Origin: Vicugna vicugna
Taxonomy: Eukaryota
Direction of reading: 5' to 3'
NCBI GenBank assembly: GCA_013265495.1
Contig: MU059330.1
Coordinates: 14,331,980-14,395,979 of the forward strand
Length of the DNA stretch: 64,000 nucleotides
Under the pieces are notes generated by a model, which was not told the DNA's origin, ran no database searches, and was given only the letters and a program-made list of their open reading frames with translations. Each line of letters opens with the position of its first letter. Position 1 is the stretch's first letter. The position numbers were made by a program, and so were the translations under genes. Shown piece after piece: positions 1 to 11,200 of the stretch.

Positions 1-1479
1 ACGTGCTCCCAGGCGCCCAGGCGCCTCTCTGCAGCCGCACCAGCTGCTCCCCCGTGGGCTGCCCCCTGCACGGCAAAGGGGCACGGCCAGGGGAGGCAGT
101 TTAGGAGGCGCCTGGGGCTGGGCGGGGAGCAGGGGACAATGTGACATTCAGGCCAGGATGACCTGGGCCGGGGTCGGGGGCACCTGAACTCCTGCTCAGG
201 GCTGTCAGGACACTGGACGTGGACAGGACTGGTGTGGGGTGAGGGGTGGGGGAGGCTTGCGGTCATCACGCACTGGACAGAACTGGACCATGCGGGAAAA
301 GGCAAGGGGTGGGACTTGAGAAACCCCAAGGCGGGGAGAGGGAGAAGCACCAGGGTCAAGGGTCAAAGGTCAAGCGTGCTGCAGGGTGATGGCAGTGAGG
401 GCTGGGGGGAAGAAGAGGAAGGAGGCAGGTGGGGCAGCAGGTGGAGGGGGAACAGTGGCCTCAGGTGGCAGAGAACGCCGGGGCCTCTTTAACCAAGTCG
501 GGGGTGGGGCTTCTGGCAATGCAGGACTGAGGGCTGGCGGGGGTGCACCTGCCCCGGGCTCCTCATCAGAAGCACCGCGAGGGAGATGGAGGCACTTTCC
601 GCCTGGGCTGCCGGCAGAGCGGACTGGAAAGCGCTGGGGCAGCGCGTCTGTCTGCGACGCCAGGGCGGCTTGGCGGTGGGAGTCCCGGCTGCGGCGGCTG
701 AACAGTTTCAAATGTGACGTGCTGTTTTATGGGCTCAGTACTCCCGGCACAGTGAGGCCCACGGAGGGTTTCCATTCAGGGGCCACTGTGCACGTGGCTG
801 TGAATTTCTGATTTTAAAGCGAAAGAGTAAGGACCACGCAGCATCCGGGCGCGGCTTCTGCACAACACACACAGGCTTTCAGCCTCCTCCTTCCAAGCTC
901 ACACCAGGCTTCCAGATCCCTGGGCTTCGCCCATCGGTGCTTCCGGCTCAGGGCCGTGTACCCAGGCTGAGTAACCAAATGTGGAATTTACATCTAGAAA
1001 CTCAGTCGTTGGGGATCAAAGGTTCTCCTGAAATAAACATCTGTAGACCTCCCGCGGCAGCACGCTGCCATAACCTGCTTCCTGTGTCAGGCCAGAAAGC
1101 GAAAATGGCTCCTGTCTCCATGCTCACCTCCATCCTCACCTCACCCCACCACAGCTGTTCATAGTTCTGCTATCACACACCACGTGCCCTGGTCTATGGA
1201 GGTTTATTTGTTGGCAGTCACCCCCAAAAACACCCTGACCCCTGAGAGGGTCCCCAAGGACCTGCACTCGGACCTTGCCGCAGAAAGGCTGCTATGCCCG
1301 TGCAGGGGGCCTGGAAACACACATCAGGGCGACACACCACGGGCAGCTCAGCCAGTGGCAGGCCTGCAGGGCACGGTTATGAATGAGTTCCTGGGGGGGG
1401 GATCCAGGCCACCTGCTGGGGAAATAACTCCACCATGAGACCCGTGCAGGGAAACCATAACCAAGGGGAGGCCAGTGAG

Positions 1480-1775
1480 AAGATATATAAACACCTTACA
1501 TATGTGTACACACACTCACACACACACACACGAGCACATACACACATGTGCACGAACACACATGTACACAGACATGTGCGTGTACACTGTGAACACACGT
1601 GAGTGCACACACATACACATAGATGCATATGCACAAACATGTATACACATGCACGAACATACACATGTGTGCACACGTGTGGGCCCATAGATATCTATTG
1701 TGAACATATATACACATGCATGTACACATACATACCCGTGAACACACACGTGCATGCACGCACACACACAATCTC
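1480..1775. repeat. Compound (CA/TG)-rich alternating purine-pyrimidine tract
   Basis: About 300 bp of CACACA/CATGTG/GCAC in NKD2 intron 3. Confidence 0.95.
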
Positions 1776-2719
1776 CACCCCAGAAAACTGAGAAGTGGCC
1801 ATAAAGTACGCCAGGAACTTCCTCAGTGACTTCAGTTCTCAGCACCCTGGAATTCTGGTTTTAGCTTAACACTAGATCATTTTGCCGCTCATCTGCAGAC
1901 CTGACTTTCTCCCAGTCATGCCTGCTACTGGTTCTGTCTTCAGAGCTAGCAGTGAGTAACTTCACAGAAAAAGGCAAATCATGGGTGATCGAGCTTCCAA
2001 ATTCTGCCGCTGCCCTCGGAGCTTCCCGGCCGCAGAGGTCACAGCACAGACACCACTGACAGGACCCACGCCCCATGCGCCTGAACCATCGCACCCACCA
2101 TCGTTCTGTTTAGACGAAGTTTAACGCCCCTGGGTGTTAAATGCAAACCCAGATTCATCTTCCTCCATCTGAATTATTTCTCAGGAAAAAACACTGGACT
2201 TTCTGTTTTCTTGCATTCATAGTAAAGCCTCATGTCTCCTATTTCAAAGGAAGAATAATTTCAAAGAACTCCATGCATTTTATGGGTTTTTTTTTCAGTT
2301 TAGAAGGCTCCGTGCGTTCACACGTGACGTCCGGGCCGCAGCAGAGATAAACAGACTGGAAAAGTCACGGGTGTGTATGTGATTACAGCCCCAGGACCCA
2401 GTGGGCTGAACCACACGAAGAAAAGTAATAAGGGTTTCCCTTCCGTTGAAAGCTCCCCCCTAGCGTCAGGTAGAAACACTCCCTGGAGGTAATCACCCTC
2501 CAACCAGCTCTGCTGCTGCTTCCAGGCCCCTGGGGTCAAAGGGGAGTGCAGTCTGCCCCACCCTCACCCCAGCCACAGCCGGGTCTTAAAGGAGCAGGGA
2601 CGGAACCGTAGCTGCTTTTACAGGCAGAAACCAAAGTCCACCCTTAACGCGATTTAGTTGAGACCCCACGTGTGAAAGTTAAAAAGTGTTCTGAGGAGAC
2701 CCACACGTGCCCTTTTAAA

Positions 2720-3390
2720 CCCTTTGACCCCCTTTGCCCACTTCTCCTACCCACCCCCCACCTCCAGCAACCAGCAACGCGCTCTCTGTACCTATGAGCT
2801 CGACTTCGTCTGCTTTATTCTACGTTTAGGAGGATCATGTGGCATTTGTCTTTCTCTGAGTTATTTCACTTGGCTTAAGGCCCTCCACATCCATTCCTTG
2901 GTCACAAGGGCGCGATCTCACCCATTTTACGGCTGAAAGGCGTTCCGCTGTGTGTGTGTTCCGTGTCTTCCTTGTCCCGCCATCCGTCGCTGGGCACTCG
3001 GGCTGCCTCCACGTCCTGGCTGCTGTCAGCAGAGCCGCCGTGAACACCGAGGCGCACGCGCCTTTTCTGACTGGTGTCTTCATTTGCTCTGGATACACAC
3101 CCAGCTGCGGGACTGCTGGGTCACACGGTAGCTCTGTTTTTAGTTTTTTGAGGAACCTCATGCTGTACCCATTTACGTTCCCGCCAACAGTGCATGAGGG
3201 CCCCCTTTGGTCAGCACATTTGCCAGCACTTGTCATTTGCTGTCTTTTTGATGATGGCCATTCTGACAGGTGGGAGTCGGTATCTCACTGTGGTTTGGTT
3301 TGCATTTCCCTGATGATCAGTGAAGTTGAGCACCTTTCCATGTACCCGTTGGCCATCTGTAGGTGTCTGGAAAAACGTCTTTGTTAAATG
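2720..3390 (-). mobile_element. L1 3' end fragment (ORF2 C-terminus and 3' UTR)
   Basis: ORF 2835..3236 reads RFLKKLKTELPCDPAVPQLGVYP...SVFTAALLTAARTWRQPECP, homologous to the L1 ORF2p C-terminal segment. Confidence 0.9.
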
Positions 3391-4689
3391 ATGCTCTTGT
3401 CTCAAAAGCGGTGCCAGGCCTGGGCAGTTGTGTGGTTCTGGACACCCTGGGGAGCACAGGCTGAAGCCCAGGAGCAAGAGACCCGCCAGGCCCTGCAGCC
3501 CTGCTCCAGGTGGTCCCCGCGAAGCCTCGCATCAGGCATGATGTGCCTCTGTCCCAGGACCTGGAGGACGGGCACCGTCCTTCTCCAGGACAGGCCATAG
3601 GACGGGAAATGAGGGCCGGGCCCCTGAGCACCAGGCCAGGCACTTCTAGGTGGTTCCATCTCACCACAGCCGGCAGGCCAGCGTTGCCTGAGCTCCCTCC
3701 CTGGAGGGTGGCCACTCTGGCCAGAGACAGGTCGGCACAGGTCTGCAGAGCCCCAGGTGAGGCCTTTCAGCCGGGCGGGCTCAGCCCGTGGGGAGAGCAC
3801 TTGCCGCCTTGCCCCCCACCACCCCAGGGACAAGGGGCCATGGCATCACTGCTTTGGCACGAGGACCCCAGACACAGCTGACTTCGCACCTCAACCCTCC
3901 CTGAGCTCTGGAAGAAGCCAGAAACACATCTCAGGCCTCAGGGGAGACATTGAGAAACACCAAAAAGCATGTCTTTCCTGAAGGCCAAGCCAGCTCTGGT
4001 TTAGAGAAACTTAAATTGTTTCAGACAAACCAATGGAAGGAGAGAAAGGGCTCCAACCTGCCTCCCCAAAGCTGGGAAGACACGGGGCTGGGAGTTCCCG
4101 AGAGGCAGCAGGTGGCTGGGTGTGGGGTCCTCCTCCCCAGCGCACTGCCGCTGCCCCAGTGGGTGACGCCGTCTCAAACCCTCCTTGAGCCACGCAAGGT
4201 CTGGAAAGCAGCCATGTGGACACTGGGAGGAGGGAGCATGGGTGTGGGCCTCGGTCATTCTTCCTCCCTCCCCTATTTTCACAAGTCCCCTGCACGTGCC
4301 ACCTCAGCTGAGAGCCGGGGGCATCTCCCTGACCCTCCCCAGGTCAGGCCTTCTGTCAGGGCCACCTCCCCGCTGTACTCAGGCCACCATGTCAGCGGAG
4401 GACATCCCCTCCGGCTTCTCTCATGCACCGATGCGCCACCTGACTGTTCCTCCCGGCATGTGAGCCACAGATGCCTGGACAGCAGGACCGGGAGTCTGCT
4501 GAGGGGGGCAGTCTCGGCCCCACAGTCCCTCGTGCTCTGACTTTGGGCACATCACCTAAGCCCTCCATGAAAGGAGGCACCAGTGAACAGCATCACTCTC
4601 CTGGGTGGACGGCTGGAGGCCGACCTGCAGGGGTCACCCCGTGACCAGGGCCACACAGCAAGGCTGACACCCTCCTGCCCCGCTGCGTC

Positions 4690-5100
4690 CCGGCCTCTCT
4701 CTTGATCCGGCTTCCAGGTCACTCGTCTTTTCTTCCGCTGTGTCGCTTGCTGCCCACGGACTGTTCATTCAGATACGGTTCTCTCACCTCCAGACGCCCG
4801 CTCTGGGTTTCCAGCGCCCTCTCCCCCTTCTCACCTCCCGTGACCACACCTCCTCCTCCTCCCGGAGCACATGCAGTGCGTCCGTCCCTGCTGTCCTGAC
4901 GCCCTCTGCTAGTTGCATCGTCACGGTCGTGGTTCAGTCTGCTTCTACGCAATGCTTCTCTTCCAGCGATGGATCGTAACTTCTCTACTCTTCTCACGCC
5001 TGGAAAATTTCGGTTGTGTGCTGGACATTGTGACTTCTGCTGTCTGTGCCGGATTTGGCTATATTCCTTCAAATAATGTTGTATTTTGTTACTGAGTGCG
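4690..5100 (-). mobile_element. Old L1M fragment, 5'/ORF1 side
   Basis: TGGAAAATTTCGGTTGTGTGCTGGACATTGTGA...ATTCCTTCAAATAATGTTGTATTTTGTT resembles a recalled L1MC/ME consensus. Confidence 0.5.
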
Positions 5101-6264
5101 GATTTCTGGCCTTAGGTTTGCTTTTAAGCCTGTAGTCTAGGTGCTCAGCCACACTGCGAAGGTGACGCCTTCCGAGGACCTGCCTGCTCTGCTCTGATTG
5201 GCTGAACCCCTTCCCAGCGGTTCTTTCCCGACCTCTCACACACCAGCAGAGCAGCCCCCAGCAGGGACCTGGGTGCTCCCCGACTCTCTGCAAACCCCTC
5301 CCCTCCAGTGGGTCGCCAGGGCCCTCGGGAGCTGTCTGGTTCCCCTGTTCCACACCACGGCCTCCAGGCTGCAGCTTTAATCTGGGCACCTGGCTGGGTT
5401 CCTTCCTCCGGGGAATCGCCACCTGGCACTAACTCGCATCTGAAAATCACACACACAGCCCCCCAGCTTGGCTGGGTTAAACACCCCTCAGCATCAGCTT
5501 TTCAGGCAGCTCGGGCAGGACCCCCCACCAGCCCACTCCCAGGCACACATGGCCCGTCAGCGCCGATGCCTGTGGAGTCCGGACCCAGGACTTTACCTCC
5601 CACGACATCCTTTCACTGCCCTCCCTCCTCACCCACAAACCAGCACTTCTGATCTCACACGTCAGTGGGAAGACCCAAGGCACTGACTGTCCCTCCCACA
5701 CTCCCTGCAGTAGAGTCCACCGCAGATTACAAATCAGGGCCTCACAGTGTCCTGGCCAATTTCATCTGTGGTGCGAGGTGGCTTCCCGGCAGCCCTCCTG
5801 CTGCTCTGCCAACAAACCTCTGTGCGCGAGAAGCAGGTGGCGGTGGGTCCCCTGGGCCCCAGGACCACCAAGAGTGGCCTCCCCCTGCTCGTGGCCCTGG
5901 CAAGGAAGGAGGTGGTCGGTGCCCCCGAATGCCTCCACACGTGCACGTCTGGGTGCGTCACCTGCCGCGCAAAAGCAGGAACTGCAGAACCCTAGTGCTA
6001 CAATCTGCTTGGCTTTCTTACATCTGAAAAGCCTCCTGCCAATTTAAAAGCCAAAGCCTCTAGAGTGTTCAAAAATGAGCAGGGTTTGCACATGCCCTCA
6101 GGACACTCATTGTGCCCACCTCGGTGATGAGGCCTTGACAGGAGTGACACCCGCCAAGATGGCCTGGGCTCTCCGCCTCCAAACTCCAGCCACAGAGGAA
6201 GGAGACATGGGGCTTGCTGGATGCCAAATGGTGCTTTCTGGAGCCGTGCTGTCCACGTGGCATG

Positions 6265-6405
6265 CATTTACATTTATTAAAGTGAGACCACATTAGAAAT
6301 CGGCTCCCTGCCACACTAGCCATGTTCCAAGCACAGACGTGGCCAGCGGTGACTGTCGAGGGCATGGTGGATATAGGCCACGCCCGGTCCCGCTGGACAG
6401 CGCCT
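6265..6405. mobile_element. MER3-like hAT-Charlie DNA transposon relic
   Basis: ATTTACATTTATTAAAG...CACTAGCCATGTTCCAAGCAC...CGTGGCCAG...CTGGACAGCGC resembles the recalled MER3 consensus. Confidence 0.55.
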
Positions 6406-7854
6406 CCCAGGAGCATCCCGTTCCACCTCCCAGCTACCAGCAGGGACGCTGGGCCTTGAGACACACAGACTGGCCGAGGCCACAGAGATTGCTGGCTGGG
6501 CTGCAGCCCCACAGCAGGGCTCCCCCCACCAACACCCTGCCTGCAGCTCCCAGGATGGCACCTGCAACAGCTTCTGGGAGGGACCACGGCAGTCCAACCT
6601 CCCCCAGGTTCCTGGCCAGAGGCAGTAAGGTCAAGATTGCTTCCAAATACAGAGGCCCTGATGTCTGACCTGCTACTTGGCAAAAAGGTGCTGGAAGCCC
6701 GCTGGGAGTGGACCAGCGTTGGCCACAGTGCTCTCAGCAGGCGCTGTCCAGGTCCTGGCCGTCCACCGTGGTGTGGAGCCCACCCTGCACCCCATCTCAA
6801 CCTCCAGGAGGGGGCTATCGATGCACGGAGCCCACCTGGGCTGCTCGGGAGGCAGTGGGGGGACCGCAGGCTCCGGACAAGTGACTGTGAGCTGACCAAG
6901 GGTGAACTGCGGCCGGCAGGAAAGGTGCCCACACCCATCAGGAGCAAGTTCCTCCAGTGAAGAGAGGACATTTATCTGCAGCTTGCATGGGGCTGGCGGC
7001 TCAGGAGGCTTCTGGGTTCCCAGAGGACTTACGGGCCAAGTGCAGTTGTGTCCCAGTCTTCACGGGCCCCTGCAGTGTGGAACCCTGCTCCGCACCACGA
7101 AAGCAGGTTCCAGACTCTCAGGCACACGAAAGGCCAGTCCTGAAGCCCCCAGAGCAAGCAGGTCCACCCCAACGGGCAAGGCCTTGCTGAGCAAGGCCCA
7201 GGAAGGTCTGCAGCCCAGCCCACCCGGGGCCTTGCAGCTGTGTCTGCTTGGAGCCTCACCCAGCCGAGACCTTCATAACCCGCCTGGTTGAGCAGCTTAC
7301 TCAGCCTACAGCAGACCCCCAAGGTCTCCTTCTCAAGCGAAGTAATTCAATGCTCTTAAAATGGCTGCAAGCTAATCAAATTGTTTCAAATGCAGACACA
7401 GCCACATCCACAACCCGGCTTTTAACAACCTGGGTGTGGGCTGAGCTGGGCTGGGCTGGGCTCTCGGCGAGGCCCTGCCAGCCACCTTCCCCTCCAGGCC
7501 GGCTGCACAGAATCAGGAATCCGTCTCAGAGAGGCGACAGGCTGGGAGCCGTGACTGGGAGCTAAACGGTGACTGTCCCTGAGTTGGTGCCATGACATAG
7601 AACTTATCTTCATGCTACAAGTGTGGGGCCGGTTTCCTGGGCCTAGAAGTCGATCCAGAGATACAGTCGTAAATCAGCAAATACTAAAATGGAGCAACTC
7701 TGCCGCTCGTGGGGACACTCGGGGCGGCCTCAGAATAAGGATCTCAGATGGACGCATCACCTGAAGATGCACAGATCTGGTCAGAAGAGCCTTGCTGCCG
7801 GCGCTCCTTGTCCAAGCCCCTTCCACGTCTGAGTGGAATCCCGGTGCCAGACAC

Positions 7855-8250
7855 CATTCTCCCAGTGCCCCGCAAACCCACACCCACCCGGAACCTCAGA
7901 GTGTGGCCTCACCTGGAGACGGCCTGGCCTCTGTAGCTGTGATTGGCTGAGTACAGGCCCCTGATCCAATGATGGGGTCCCCGTAAGGAGAGGAGAGACA
8001 CAGAAATGCAAAGGAGAAGCCACATAGAGACGGAGGCAGAGACCACAGAGATGTGGCCACACGTCCAGGGACGCCTGGAACCCCGGCAGCTGGAAGAGGC
8101 AGGAAGGACCCTCCCCCGGGGCCTCGGAGGGAGTGCGGCCCTGCCGACAGCTTGATGTCGGGCTTCTGGCCCCCAGAACCAAGAGACAGGAAGGAGCTGC
8201 TGCCTTAGGCCACCCAGTTCGTGGTTTCCGTCACAGCTGCCCCAGGACCT
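7855..8250 (+). mobile_element. MLT1 (MaLR) LTR
   Basis: Hallmarks present: GGAGGCAGAGACCACAGAGATG, CAGCTGGAAGAGGCAGGAAGGACCCTCCC, CCCTGCCGACAGCTTGAT, CTTCTGGCCCCCAGAAC. Confidence 0.85.
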
Positions 8251-11200
8251 CAAAACAGGGAGCCTGAGGCTGCTTTTTCACATAATTACTTCAAAACATT
8301 TAATTTTAAGGCATTCCTAACCTTGATTAGCTATCAAAGTCCCAGAAACTCCAGGATAATCTACCTTCAAACGTCCAGTGTCTTCTGACCACAAGTGAGA
8401 CCAGGGGTCCAGCTCCCCGCAGGAGGAATCACCCAAAGCCTCCAGGAGGAAGCGGCAAGCCCTGGGACGGCCAGGGCCCCCGGCCTCCGGGCGGGGTTGG
8501 CCAACCTCCCACAGGTCTGGACATAAAGGAGAGGAGCTGGGGAGAAGGGGGAGGGGGAGGGGAGAGGCCAGGAGCTGCAGAGAGACCCCAGCAGGCACGG
8601 CGAGGCCGTGGGTGTGGGAAGCACCCAGCCCACGGGCTCTCTGCCTTCCAGTCAGGGCAGGAACTCAGGGCTCAGAGGGAGCTTCTGGGGGGTGGGGGCC
8701 TTCACGAGCGCTGCTGGAGGGGGCAGGGGAACGGCGCAGAGGCAGCCGCCCTTCTCCAGGCACAGCAGCCAGCAGGATTACAGCCAGCTCTAGCTCTGGA
8801 CACTGGAACCAGAAAGCCAGGCACGCGGCCCCTCCCCAGCCCCACCTCCCAGAAGCCCTTCCAGGGGGACCTCCGGGAAGCAGGGGACCCTGGCGGGGAG
8901 CAGCGACGCTCAGGCAGCTCCTGCAGCCGGGGTGCAGCAGCCGCCTGGCCGGGGTGGAGGAGCGTTTGGTCAGAGTGGCTGTGGGAGCCCCTGATGTTTG
9001 CGGACCAGGCCTTCCTCAGTCCTCTCTCCCCAGGAGACCCCATCCTGGGGACGCACTGGTTCAGGGACTCAAGCCACTGGCCTGGTCTGGACAGCAGAGC
9101 CAAGAACGCCAGGTGACACTGGGGTGAGTGATGTGGAGAGAGTGCATCTCGGGGTGGACAGACAGACAGCCCAAGTGTCGGGACCAAGGGATGTGGAGGG
9201 GCCTGAGGAGGGGTGGAGCTTGGAGAAAAGCACAGCGAAATGGTTGTTAATAAAGTGCCAGGAAAAGGAGCCCAGGGGCCGAGGCCGAGAGCGGGCATGG
9301 CCTCGTGTTGTCAGGCCACACGGACACCTCACGCTCGGCTGTCACAGAGGGACAGCCCAGCAGCGGTGGGGCCGGTACGGGGTGGACGTGGAAGGGGCCA
9401 GGGCGGGGGGAGGTGGAAGCCAGTTCTGAGCTGAGAAAACCTTGTGGCCTGTTAGGGCTGCTGTGCCCCGAGTTCCTGAGGACGTGGCCGTGTGTGGGGT
9501 TGGGATCACTGCAGAGGTCCTCACTTAGGACAAGGTCACGAGGGTGGACCCTGCTCCGCAGGCTGTTCTGACAAAGAGGACATCACGTCTCGGGAACGAC
9601 CCTGTGCGGACGGCCCGGCAGGAGGGCCTGGACCCCTGGATCCCCAGCCCCCAGGACCAGGACGAGGAGTTCCTGCTGTGACTGTGGCCCCAGGAAACCC
9701 AGACACAGCCGGACGCCAAGGCCACCTCCCCTGGGAAGCTCACACCAGCCGGGTTTTCTGCTGTGACACTGGCAATCCCACCCCCTCACGCAGAGTGTCC
9801 ACGGGCGCCTTGCTGGATGGAAAGGGCACCGGGCCCGCTGAGGAGAGCACACCCGCGCATGGTGCTGGGCTGTCACCAGCACGTCGGCCAGGCAGGCTGG
9901 GCCCTCCCCCTCCTCGGGGCCACCCAGACGGCCAGGACCTACGCCCAGGAGAGGGCTCCACAGGGATCCACATGGCAGGCCTGCCTCGGGCTGGGGGAGG
10001 TTCCTGGAGAACTTCCAGATGCCACAGGCTTTTCTTCCAAACCCAGCGAGTTTCTGATGCGGGCGTCGCCGACGGCGACACTGTGCAGCCAACCCAGATG
10101 GCTCCCCTCGAGCCTCGGCCGCCGCACAGACTCGTGAGCGGGACTGCACTCTGGCCCGGCCGGGACTGGTGTCGGCAAACCCAGCCTCTGCTAAGGCTGC
10201 GGCTGCCACAGCTTCCTTTCTTCAGGGAGGAGGAGGGGCAGGGGCCCCTGCGACCTCACGCCTGCCATGTCTGCTTGGGCACCTGGCTCCTTGGGGGCTG
10301 CCAACCCCAGGGGGTGGGCACAGCGCCCTCCGGCCTGGAGCGCCTGGTGTGAGAGCCGAGACGGTGCCTGGCTGCACGCCGCCCCGACACCTGCGTCTGG
10401 ATCTGCGCTCACACCCCCTTAACAGTGGGCATGGTTGGCCAGACAGCTCCCAGGGCCGAGGGCTGACTTCTGAAGACTGCAAACCAGCATCGATTGTTAA
10501 AGGAAACATCAACAGAACCCCCCAAAGTCATCCAAACGCCTTTTCCCCACATAAAGATGAGGAGAGAAGGGACAGGCACTGCCTGGACGCATCCCCGGGT
10601 GTCCTCACGTGGCCAGTCACATCCCTGACGAGAGCAGGGTGACGTCAGGTCTCTCCTTTTACTTCGGGAAGTCGAACTCTCCGCTCACCCAGCAGCAAAG
10701 TCGGCTGTTACAGAGCCCGGCTTCAGTCCCACGGGCCCCTCCTCTCGCCGTGTGAGCTCCCGGCTCCAGAACTACGTCCCCAGGGCAGGTGTCCCTGCGC
10801 TCCCGCATCCTCCTTCCGTGAACAGCCCCTCACCTGCACCCGGGGCTCCTCGGGAGCAGCCCCCAAGTGCACACGCAGACGTGGAGGGCCCGTATCACGC
10901 AAGGCCTGCCCAGGAGAAAGCACGCCTTCACGTGCCGAAGCGACCCTGGCCACCAGGAAAGCATCTCGAGAGACCAGCATCTGGGGAGGAGCCCCCTCCA
11001 ACCACCCTCCTACCGCGGGAGCCGGGCTCTGCCACCCGGCCTCTGCCCCCCACAGCCAGCGTGGGTCCACTGCCCCTGCCTGAGGTCGGGGTGCCCGGCA
11101 GCCTCTCCTGGTCCATGTCCCTGCACACTCCTCACAGGCACCCCAGCGGGGCGGGGCTGCACACATGGTCTGGCCCGTCCACTTGCCCTCAGGCCCTCCT

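Noticed and set aside
1-70. Acceptor-like CCCCTTTGCCGTGCAG on the minus strand near 66-82 as a possible NKD2 exon 4
   Set aside because: No frame resembles the expected ELxNGDPKEGP peptide, so exon 4 is probably outside the window.
1377-1845. His/Thr- or Cys/Val-rich ORFs
   Set aside because: They are translations of the (CA/TG) tract.
6069-6971. 300-aa minus-strand ORF within NKD2 intron 3
   Set aside because: It shows no similarity to NKD2 downstream exons, overlaps a MER3-like relic and has low-complexity composition.
9492-10352. 286-aa plus-strand ORF
   Set aside because: GC-driven composition and no domain or exon signature.
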